Shown here one piece after another: positions 53,244 through 64,000 of a stretch of 64,000 nucleotides of DNA; position 1 is the stretch's first letter; every line of letters starts with the position of its first letter. This DNA is from Glycera tridactyla (lineage: Eukaryota): assembly GCA_965644265.1 (NCBI GenBank), contig OZ286468.1, forward strand, positions 70,928,001-70,992,000, read 5' to 3'. Below the pieces are notes generated by a model that saw only the letters and a program-made list of their open reading frames with translations, did no database searches and was not told where the DNA came from. A program made the translations under genes and the position numbers.

Positions 53244-54781
53244 GTGAGTTGTCTTCTTCCTCAAGCATTATTCAAAATTTCTTATCTTGCATCATCTTTT
53301 CAACAAATCTTGTTTAATCTCAGTCCACTCAAATGTTCTACTAAAAACATATAGCATATAGCACTGCTCAAAGTATTTGGTTTTAATAGGTTATAGGAAG
53401 AGGGTGAGTTGGGTGGGGGCAGTGAAAGAGATGAAAATCTTATCTCCTCAGTAAGAAAACTTGATTTATCATGAACAGATTGGTATGAATCTCACAGTTA
53501 TATATCCCAAAGAATTTATTTCACTTCAGACCTGACATAATGGTGGCATTTATATTATGGTTGAGAAAATAAGTTTTGCAGTGGGGAAAAATTAGAGAAC
53601 AAGGAAGTGATAATTACAGTGTACACTTGCTGAAGTACATTCTCATAGAACTGATGATAATGAAATATCTTCAATATTTGGGTAGAAAAGGGTAAAATAT
53701 GCAAGCAATAGATATGACTGCTATCATGTTTAGCTACAAGCTGAGGAGTGATATGCTATTTTCAGATTGCTGTAAGGGGCCCTTCATGTTTGGTACTCAT
53801 TGAGCTATGTGGGCAATTCCTCTGATGTTGGCTACGGTGATAGAACACCTGCTATGCCCGCATAAGCCTGTACCTGGCCTCGTGCTTGTACGGAAATATG
53901 ACCGACTATACCCGGTCTTCCTCTCGCTGAGTGTGAGTGGCAATTGATCCAGGCAGCATCCGGGTTATTGAGCCCACACCACTGAAAATCTACTTGCAAC
54001 TTCATTCACCAGTGAAGGGAAATCCATGATCATGCTGAAGATGGCAACATGGCCTCACTTGGAGGTGGAAGCTACTGGTGGTTACTGGATATAGAAAATT
54101 ATAGATGGGCTGGAATTCCCCATCCAGGGAAAATGTGTGGGTCCTTTGGCCACATTCATGTAACTGTCATGTGCCATCCCACACGTTCATGTTATTCAAA
54201 CCATGTAATTAAATTGAAATATCCTGAACTACTTTTGCCCTCTGGGTAGATCACATATGAATGTTTGTGCATATGGATGTTTGTATATACATGTATATTC
54301 CTAATTTTGCAAATAACAAGGCAACCCAATAAGGTCACATTACATGTAAATGCAGGAAAATGAAATTCCATATGAAGCATGATCAGGTAAAGTATTGTGT
54401 ATATGGAATACAGAGCAATGGTAGATATTGTAGGACAGTGAAACATTGATAGGAGACTGTGAGGGAAGGAGGGGGAGGGAGGGAGGGATTGCATGACATT
54501 CATAACAAGGACTTGAGTTAGGAGTAAGGTAGAGGTGGTGATAGATGATCTATGAGTGCCCCAGGAGGGAGGATATGAGAGGAGAGGAGGGTACAGGTGG
54601 GGCTCATTCTCTGGCCTTGATGAAGATATGCTGACCAGTGGTCAAGCAGTAATGAGCACTTTGAAGTGTTTATAATTGACTCCAGGCTGAAGGTATGATA
54701 ATTGATACTTAGTACACCCTCTCACCACCAGATGGGGGTGCTCTCCTCATCAAATTCAAAACCAACTTATGATAAGATGAC

Positions 54782-54930
54782 TCATTCATCGTTCAAATTC
54801 GATTCAATTCACACAACTTTATTTAAACTCTTGTAATATACAAACATCATATACATTCAAGCGCAATTATCCCACGGAGCTTTCTCCCACGGCCACAAGT
54901 TAGTAGATTCTCAATTACATCGTTAAATGT
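54782..54930 (-). mobile_element. 3' remnant of an L2/CR1-type LINE or SINE
   Basis: On the minus strand, AATAAA (54823-54818) is followed by a degenerate (GAATT/TGAA)n tail. The upstream boundary is approximate. Confidence 0.45.
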
Positions 54931-55319
54931 TGCCTCTCTGATCACATCATGAAGTGGTCTCCGTAGAAATTGGTCTTCGTAGAGATGTCATTCACCGTAA
55001 AAAATACTAATACAGTCATGGTCGTTGTTGACAAGTGGCCTTTGTATAAGAGTGGTCTGTCTACCAGGTGGGATTGTAGTTATTCTCTGTCTGTCTCTCT
55101 CTGTGTCTGTGTCTGTGTGTGTCTGTCTGTGTGTCTGTGTGTGTGCCGGTGGGTGTGGATGGGTGACACATGGGTATTTGAGATTCCCAAGAGGTGTGTA
55201 GTGTGTGCATAGTGGGTGGGGCCGACTGCTTCATCAGGGAACACCCCACCACCATCATAACCCACCTGTGCTCAGCTCCCACCTGAATCACCCGCTCTCA
55301 TGGCTGACTCATCTAAGTA

Positions 55320-55493
55320 CAGTGAAACCTGGACAAGAGACCACATTAAATTTCACCAAAGTGCAGTCTCAAAACAAGTAGTCTCTTGTCGGAGGTATAT
55401 TTGACTAACTCAGGTAGAAAAACTGCCCTAGAGAAGCGGTCTCCAGTCGGAAGTGGTCTCTCGCAAGGGGGTATCTCATCGGAGTGTTCACTG
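55320..55493. mobile_element. TA-flanked MITE, 174 bp
   Basis: TA-CAGTGAAACCTG...GTGTTCACTG-TA with GAGACCAC/GTGGTCTC subterminal inverted motifs and the core AGGTATATTTGACTA. Confidence 0.78.
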
Positions 55494-56887
55494 TATGTCA
55501 TCATTCAGTTGAAAATCAACATGGATCACAATTACAAGGAGGCATAGTTCCACATCACTGATGACTGTTGCTACCAAATTTACCTGCCAGTTACCATATT
55601 TTCAAAAAGCAGTGACTGTTGTATTATTTCCACTATGATTATAGAGACGTGTCTACAAAGACCACTTCATGATGGAACTGCCCGTTGACAACCTGTAATG
55701 GCATTTCCATTTTGGGTGAAGAGAAATTATGTGATGGTGTAGTTGATCAGCTGCAAATGCTCACACAACTCGCACCTCTCAACATGCTCGTGATCTGCTC
55801 ACATCTCCTCAGGTCACTGACAAGTATATAGGTCATGTCAGAGGTCAGCACAGCTGGTATATGGGTCGACTCTAGGGTGCCACTTCTGAGAGGGGGGCTG
55901 GGTTACTTCAAGGGACAATGCCATGTGCATTCAATCAGTGTGGTCGCACGTTCACGGTGCTGGTTTCACATTTGTTAGTTTAATCCACCATGAAATGAGG
56001 TCAGGATGAAAGTGCTCACATGACCAGGTCACCCATATCATATTAATAGGCCATGCCCCAAATGCATGCCACCCACAGATCTCTACCATGTTTTTGGAAA
56101 TAATACCATCAGAGGGAATTCCGGCCATATCTGTCTAGATTCCAAACAATTCTGTTGTTTGTGGCGAAATATTTGCCACTTTGTCAGTTGCAGCTGATGC
56201 ATACATACCTCTTAACTGGTGATGCTTTTTAGTTGATAACGTCTTTTAACACTTCACATATTGATGACCTGGTGACATTATGATAATCTCACAGTCATCT
56301 GAACTCTGTATATTTGAGCCCTAAGCAAACTATAGTCTGTCACTGATTAAGATCAGATTTATAACTGTACATCACAGTTCTATCAAGATTCAGAACCTAT
56401 GATTTCCTGGTGTAGAGGCCATAAGATCTGATACAGCATTTACTACAATAATACAGAGCAGTAATTTTTCTCTTTTCATTCTCTTTCTACCTCCTAAGGT
56501 CTCTCAATTGGGGTGTCTCATAGCAGGTTTCACTGCATTTCGTATTATGATATGTCATGTCTTGAATGATGAATTGCTTATGGAGAACTTTTGCCTCAGT
56601 AGATTGTTTGTTTCTATACAGGTCAAATTTAGTTTATTTATCATTTTGCAGCTCCCAAAAATGATAATCACTGCCAGACCATGATGAAAGTTGCCAAAAT
56701 GAGCTCTGCTGTTGAAATGCCATTTCATCGAATATCATTGCAGTTTCTACAAAATTGGATGTGTGCAACTTCGTAGTGTGCAATTCTGCACTGTACATCG
56801 CATGATCTGTTCATCAATATAACATTTAGATGCAGACTAGAATGCTTCAAAGTTTTCTGATCCAAATTTCATTTCCATCTTTTCCAG

Positions 56888-57055
56888 AATATGCAGTTGG
56901 TAATTTCACCGAGGAGGTTCTGCCAACAACGCCGGTTCCGGTGAATGAGAAGGAGGCAGGGAAGAATCCAACCATCGTTCAAGTCGATCTTATTCCCGGT
57001 GAGCAGACACATTCTGGTGGTGGTGAAAAAAACGGTCATGCAATTCCTGCCTATG
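56888..57055 (+). CDS. DDR: DDR exon F: extracellular stalk (E)YAVGNFTEEVLPTTPVPVNEKEAGKNPTIVQVDLIPGEQTHSGGGEKNGHAIPAY
   Basis: ttccAG acceptor and GTAAGC donor at 57056, with an alternative GTGAGC donor at 56999. Phase 1-1 and open frame. Pro/Thr-rich stalk with a GNFT sequon, as expected after the DS-like domain. Confidence 0.85.
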
Positions 57056-58192
57056 GTAAGCTCTAACCTACTAACATGCACCAGGACTAATCTACCCCTC
57101 AATATCCTGGGAAATACGCCAGTATGTGCTATATCATATAAGCTTTGTCAGAATTTTCTCTGCTACATTCTATATCATCAGCTATTGTGATGATTCCAAA
57201 ACATAAAATAATTTCAAAATATGGGATGTATGCAGAAGAATTCTATTCTCCACTTAAGATTTGGACTATTGACAAGTACATGTACATGCAGTACATGTTG
57301 CTGATACTCGAATGATGGGTATTTTCCATCAAATCTGAATCTCCTGAAGAGCACCAAATGTAGCTCCGGGTTTTTAAGATGTGACCCAGAGATGCCACAA
57401 ATTTGGAGCAGCAATACTTTTTCAAAGCCAAAATTCTTGCAATTTACAGGCAATGCTACTCTGCAAATTCAGTATTTTTCCTATAATTCCATTGCGAATA
57501 CTATTACTGCTACTGCTTGAAACTGCCACATTTTTTGTCCTACAAAGGTTGGCATCTCTGTAGGTAACCATGATGTCACATTAGGATTGGTACATTTGGT
57601 TGGTCCACAAAAATGGCTACAATGGGACACATTCAGGTCCTACCAATTTAGGCCACAGCTTGCTGCAGGTCTTCTCTGGTATGAAGAAGTTTAACTATAA
57701 ATTTGCTAAATCAATGTGAGATTTCACCCGACCTGATTCTGAGAGAAAATGGAAGAGCTTCATTGTGGAGATGATTTTCTTGAAAATATAGTTTATGAGG
57801 TTGTAGAAAAGAAAATATTTTTCACAAATTTCAAAAGCTCATAATACTGATAGTTGATCCAATAAGTAAGACGCTTTCAGGCATGCCTTTGGTTTCATTG
57901 GTCAGCGCGATGTTCTGCAGCATTGCATGGTCATGTGATGATGGCCTCAAAAGACATGTGCATGATTGCATCTCAGATAAGTTCTCATCATTTGATGCCA
58001 TTTGTGAAGTTTTTCTATAATTTTCGTTTTTTGGATGAGAAAAAACAAGTTGTAATTTTCATGTGCATTTTTGATTTTGCGGTTTTGGCTCTTGGTTAGC
58101 ATTCAGCAACTAATATGTTTATGTTGAATCATTTCCGTACTTTGCTCATGGTCATACCCATTCCTCACCTCAGACTGAGAAAGGAATCTGGT

Positions 58193-58219
58193 GGGGGGGG
58201 GGGGGAGGGGGGGGGGGGG
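58193..58219 (+). repeat. G13-A-G13 homopolymer tract
   Basis: Read directly from the sequence. Confidence 0.9.
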
Positions 58220-59631
58220 TTGGTCATTTAGAATTATCTTACGGATATATTTTGCCATGTATGAGATATTGTGAGTTATTGTTGTTCTGCATATAGAGAA
58301 TGGTACAATTCATGGAAGTTGTAAGAAAACTATGTTGAGTGATAATCTCAGAACATCCAACCGATTTGGATAAAAACCTTTCCATCAAAATACTTTCATT
58401 CTCCTGATGTTGTGTCGATGATGTGTATTAGATATTGATTTGTGTAGTGAAAGGACATGTTGTTCAACTTGCATAATGTTTGCTCAAGCTGGATAGGTTT
58501 AAGTATCTAAATTATTACAGCCCATTTCTCAGATGAGCCATCGTCATGGCTACCATGAGCATAATCTGACTTGTCATTACAGCTCATTTTCGTCCCTTGA
58601 GAATGAAATGACTGGACAAATTCAGATGCCATCAGGCAAAAGCATATGACAAGATAGTCATCAGATCAAATTAAGAGACGTACTTATTATGTCATTAAAT
58701 TCAGAAAATTTGGATGAGAAGGTGAAGGACAAAAAGTTGCTGGAATATTTGAGAATATGTCGGAATGTTTACTGAAGATTCAATCAGATATCAAAACATT
58801 TTGCCTTGCCTCATTGGTATCACTATGAATACATGCTCCTGGTTGAAGTTGACTGTTCACATACATAGATTGTGTAGTTCCACCATTCATACTGATACTA
58901 CTTGCACATATATGATACTCACCTGCAGTTACCACCACGGGGGTTTCATCTCTCTCACTCGACCTCACCCTTGACCCATTTCTGGTGAACTCTTGACTTC
59001 CTGTTTGCTGCTGCCATGGTTACAAGTTAATGCCGCTATGCTATTGCATTTGCTTGACCTCTGCTTTGGTTGCAGTGATATCATTCAGCATTTTTCCCTT
59101 GTTTGATCACCAGCTAATCACCTTCGGTGTGTGCTGGAAACTTGCAATGAAGAAAGAATCACTTTCCAATTTTGGGGGCACTCAAATTTGGATAAGACTC
59201 TTTTGATTGTTCTGGTTCTTCAGGAGAATGAGGGCAAATAAAAACAGCTGTTCCAGTATCGGGACAGACCCTCATGAAGTGATTGTGTTGCATGAATTAT
59301 AAATGAATGGCCACCAGAGAATATTTACCCTATAAGACTCAGATAATACATAACCAATCTTCTCCTGGTGAAGGCTACAATTGGTTATTACCTATGTCAA
59401 TGAGAAGCTGGATGCACCATATCAAAGAATCAGTGCATTGTAGATGAAATTTTGATGGTAGATGTGTCAGTGGGAGATATGTAGGATGACAGCCCCTTCC
59501 CCCTTCTCTACATAGTCAGTGAGAAAGAAACATGATAACATGTATGTTAAATATGAGGTTTAGTGTTTGTGGATAACTTTATGTCTCCATGTCTGACCCT
59601 GTCTCCGTGCACGTGTGTCCTTACTAAACAG

Positions 59632-59814
59632 AAGCCCGACCTGATGATTCGAGCAAGTCCAGTGGTAGCAGCGGTGGCAGTGGCAGTGGGGGTGGCAACC
59701 AAGTTGGTCATTCTCATACTACCGACAACAAGCAAACTATCAAAGGTGATGGGGACAGTAACCAAGACAACGCAGCCACAGGTGATGGGGCTGCCAACAA
59801 TAACACGCAGCGTG
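59632..59814 (+). CDS. DDR: Putative DDR stalk exon G, Gly/Ser/Asp/Asn-rich: (E)ARPDDSSKSSGSSGGSGSGGGNQVGHSHTTDNKQTIKGDGDSNQDNAATGDGAANNNTQR
   Basis: Acceptor context ccttactaaacAG at 59630-59631 and a perfect GTGAGT donor at 59815. 183 nt, phase 1-1, no stops, GC-richer than its flanks. This frame is not in the supplied ORF track. Confidence 0.72.
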
Positions 59815-61565
59815 GTGAGTCGTCTTGGCCGTTTTTTGACGGCAGGCTTCTGTGCGTGCATCTTCAATTGATGTCAATGCACCCTAGATACATCTATCAC
59901 ATTCCTTTTTCGATAGATATCCAGACTTTCAATTTGTCTGTCTGTAGTAGTCAGCATGGCCGTTAGATGTTTCATTGAAGTATTTTTTGTTCGAGACTTC
60001 TATTATTACTTTGCATTGTGATATCTTCACGCATCACATCTTCACGCTGATGATATTTGACAAAGAGATATTCAGACCCTTGAAATGCAATATCAGCCTT
60101 CCAGCACCTTTGCAAAATATATGTTTCTGTCACCCGTCTTCAATTGCTTCATTTAGTTTGATTTTGAGTAACTGTACAGACTGTTATTGTTCTGTCTGTA
60201 GTGCTTTATATCTAGTAGATAGTTTTTCAGTTCTATCAGACATTCCAGATGTGATATTGTGTGTTAGGCCATAGATATCCATGTGAAATTCTGTGCCTTT
60301 TCATGCAATCAGCTTGTTTTTGTCCAAGCTGCATTATTGAACAGCTATGGTGTTATTGCTGATTTCTTTGCAAAGCACCTAAGTTGAAAATAATCATCTT
60401 ATGCATTTTTTCATGAACGATACTCAATTCATCCACTGAAATACCTGAGTCAGTGGCGATACATAGTATCTGGCCATATGAGATACAATTTCTTCATTTT
60501 TTTCTTTGTTTTTATTGATTTGAGATGTTCAGTCACGTTATAGTTGCAAAGAATATTTAAAATGACAAAAGCACCATTCTGATATGGCGGTATCATTCAG
60601 AAACTGATAGGTCATATGACATCCACACCAACACCTTTGGGGATGATATTCTTGTGACACTGCTACTGCTTCCGGCTGTACATTGGACTGTTCTTGGAGG
60701 TCACATGGCCAATCATGCATCCTGCTGTCTTCAATGGAGAATCGGTTTGGGATCAGTATTGCCCATAGACTGAGATGATAATGCGAAGACATGCCATGTT
60801 TAAACTCACCAGAATGCATTTCCCCAGCCATGGTGAAAAGTGAATATATTCTCATGGGATCTCCTGAATTATCACTCATTTTCACTTGTGCTTGCACTCT
60901 TATGCCTTTGGTTTTACACTTCTTCTAGTCCTTTGCCAGACTCCACGTGTATTCACCTTATTAATGCATCGATCAAGAATGGTATTTTGCTCATATTTGA
61001 AGGAGATTCTAGTATATTTCTGGAAAGAGATTAATTTTGGCAGTCTAAAGGAATTTCTTCCATCTTCTTCCATCTTATTTGTCAGTAGCCGTCGCTAGTT
61101 TTACATTTTATTATATGGGGTAATATGATAGTTGATTGCATTACCTATATTCAACATATGATTTAGGCTTTATATGAAACGATTTGCATACTGGCGAGAA
61201 TTAGTAGGACTTTTTTTTAAGAATCACCAACCTTGTGACACTGATGCAATCATGATGCAGCCTTTTTGGAATTTCCAACAAGAGTTTTTTTTCACGATAA
61301 CTTACTAGTCTTATGAAGCTACCTAGTGTGAGCAGCCTCTTACTACCCTACTTGAGAGTAGCTGCTCATACCAGGTTTGACTTACTTTACATCAAAAGTT
61401 AGCAGCTTGTCTGTACCTGTTGATCGACAAGACCAGGTGCCAACTCTTGTACCTACATCCACTATGCACTGCAGTCTGAGTTGGTTTGTCTCACTACAGT
61501 CTTTAGTGTGATCAAATATTGTATTCCGCACAAATTTTCTTATGGCATTCTTCTTGTTTTTCCAG

Positions 61566-61997
61566 ATGATGGAGACCAAGATGGGAGCAAATCAGAAGAC
61601 GTGATAGACTCGTCACGGGAGAAGAAATCGCTTGATGATGAATATATTGGCATCATCATTGGTGCTTTATCAGCACTTATTCTTCTCCTGTTCATTGTCA
61701 TTTTCATCATCATCTGGCGGCAACGTCAACGCAAGTACAACAACAATCACCGGGTGATGAAACCCACACTGGAACCACGCCATGTGACCTTGGATCTCAA
61801 TGACCTTCAGACCAATACGCTCAATGGCAAGGTCATCAATGGAAATATGTACAACTGCGTCTCAATGACTGATGGTGACTCGGATCGTGAGCCGATAAAT
61901 AAGGTCGATAACTATGGCAACAAAGTGGACATATATGGTACGCCTCTTGACTGTATACAACAACGTAAACTTCCTGCTGTACCGCCTGGAATGGCAG
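61566..61997 (+). CDS. DDR: DDR exon H: distal stalk, transmembrane helix (IGIIIGALSALILLLFIVIFIIIW), basic stop-transfer RQRQRK and cytoplasmic juxtamembrane region
   Basis: ttttccAG acceptor and GTATGC donor at 61998. 432 nt, phase 1-1, within ORF 61481-62023. A single hydrophobic TM segment is followed by basic residues. Confidence 0.93.
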
Positions 61998-63120
61998 GTA
62001 TGCGCAAACCTCATTGGTTTTGAATATACATTACTTAAGACAAAATTTTGAGTTAAGGCATTTTAACCAATATTTCTTCTGGATAGTGATGTAGCTTGAA
62101 GTATTCTTATTTCATTCCGATATGAAGTGGATGTTTTCGATTTATGTTGATTCGGAAAAATGATAAAAAGAAGAATGCAGTGCTACGTTATTATCCAGGG
62201 AATGCTTCTCACTGAACTATTTCTGTTATTCAGCCATTATGGCTAGTGCCTTGCAATTGAATAAGTGTATAAATACACATCTATTGGGTCAGTCTTATAA
62301 GGGTCAAGAACACTGGCTAATACTATTATGATGCAGGCCCGAATGAGAGGACAGTTCATGAAGATGCATCTCACCGAATTTGGTCACCTTTCATTTGAGC
62401 ACAATATACAGATCTTCACTTGTTTGATGTGCCACCTACCATATTCCTATTCATTTTCCCATCAACTGATAACCATTGGTTTTCTTTTGAAATCTTACAA
62501 TGCACCTCAACTTATTCTTCATTTGGAGATGTATATGTATTTTCATCTCACACTAATTCTGCATAGATTTGATCTGGAATAGTGACTAACAAAATGTGTG
62601 TCAGTCAATCAATCAATCCATTCATCATCAAACATGATTCATAATTCATTGTTGTATCTTATATATCATCATCAAAGTGCATTTGCAAGTAATATTTTGC
62701 CAGTATTTTGAGGTAAAACTTGCTTTACATCCACATTCTTTTCCATCAAATACATGTACATATCACATTGCAACACAATTGCTTTTTCTGTGTGATGATA
62801 CCAAGAAAACCATTCTTAGTGATTTTGCTGACTACATTGTGTGGTGTGTATTTAGTAGTGCATTATGTTATTACCAAATTGTGTGCATTTGTAGTAGGAA
62901 TCCCCAATAGCTTTTTTATGATCCAATACCTGTACAACCATATTTTCTCTTATTGTATGCTCAGAAAGAACGGGATAACTGAGTGGCATGGAATGATGAA
63001 TGTCACAAATATTCACCCTATCACCTAATAAGTTCATTATGTCTGCAGTTGATGTAGTTTTGTTGCTAGCTGTAGTTGATATATGTCTGAGCCTTAGATA
63101 TAGTTACAGATTCTCACATA

Positions 63121-63295
63121 CAGTCAAACCTGCGACTAAAGACTACCCTTAATGTCAGCAAATAGCTGTCGCTTAAAAAAAAAGGTCTTTTGTTGAAGGT
63201 ATATTTGACTATGTGAAATTGATGAACAGTCCTTGAAAAGCAGTCTCCCGTCGTAGGTGGTCACTCATCAGGGTCTCTCATCGCAGGGTTCACTG
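63121..63295. mobile_element. MITE, 175 bp, same family
   Basis: TA-CAGTCAAACCTG...CAGGGTTCACTG-TG. The core AGGTATATTTGACTA is shared with the 55320 copy. Confidence 0.75.
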
Positions 63296-64000
63296 TGTTC
63301 AGAAATCAGGCAATATAACCATAGATACATATGTCAGAAACATTTCTTTAGACAGACGTTTAGTTTCTGATAATTCAGCAAATACCAGATACCTGGAAAA
63401 AGTAACCATCTATGTTCTCCAATCTGTATATTCTCTTTTGGGTGGAGATTTATTTGTCCAGCAAGGTCCTAGTATCCAACATTATCGTAGCTTCTGGCCC
63501 TCTGAATCAGGCAGTCAGTCAGTTCAGAATGAAGTATTCTGGTCTCTTATGATTCATCAGATTGAATGATATAAGAAGCTATGATGTATTCAAACTAATT
63601 TCATGAAAAGTAAATACAAAACATTTTTGGTGTGCAGTCAAACATGTTCACAAAGACCACATTTGATTGCTTTAAGTGGTTTGTGTAGATAAGTGTCCAC
63701 TGTGATGGGATTATTCAGCATGTGAAATACTCCTGTGGTCCTTAGTAGGGTGTTCCTTATGCAGTTGGCCTTTTTACAGAGGTAGTCTTTCAAGCAGTCT
63801 GGAATAATTTCTGTCTAAACAAAACTTAGGAAAATAGGTGTGATTTATGTAGAGAAAAAGTCAGTGAAAAGATATTTTGTCATTTTGACATTGCTTAGAG
63901 TCCAGGATAGAATGTGGCATACACTAGATGTTGCTCATCATTATTGCCTAGAAACACTAGATGGCATTCTTATTCAATGTCCATCAACACTAGATGGCAA

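Noticed and set aside
60940-60981. Possible 42-nt phase 1-1 micro-exon (DSTCIHLINASIKN) with a good acceptor
   Set aside because: The donor GTATTT is weak, it would add an unpaired Cys, and it has no coding-like composition. It needs RNA-seq support.
61998-64000. Search for the next DDR juxtamembrane or kinase exon
   Set aside because: No segment has both convincing splice sites and kinase or DDR motifs. The next exon probably lies beyond the window.

Overview
Eukaryotic (invertebrate-type, AT-rich, scaffolded with five N gaps) genomic DNA. One protein-coding gene spans the whole window on the + strand: a discoidin domain receptor (DDR-family collagen receptor tyrosine kinase). Eight exons with canonical AG/GT boundaries and compatible phases can be chained: 116-221, 15764-15905, 43642-43731, 52099-52246, 52719-53243, 56888-57055 (alternative donor at 56998), 59632-59814 and 61566-61997. 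They encode the discoidin (DS) domain, DS-like domain, stalk, transmembrane helix and the start of the cytoplasmic juxtamembrane region. The signal-peptide and kinase exons lie outside the window. The large introns hold an antisense 5'-truncated CR1/L2-group LINE with an uninterrupted 810-codon ORF, a 1.5 kb hAT-like non-autonomous element with a 6-bp TSD, a CACTA-like non-autonomous element, a family of TA-flanked MITEs, a tRNA-like SINE duplication, microsatellites and decayed coding-like remnants. Most short ORFs in the supplied track are noise. I see no convincing wholly new biological system. The best leads are a modular Ser/Gly-rich DDR stalk (possible part-time proteoglycan isoform) and a transposon carrying two divergent YY1/start-codon motifs.
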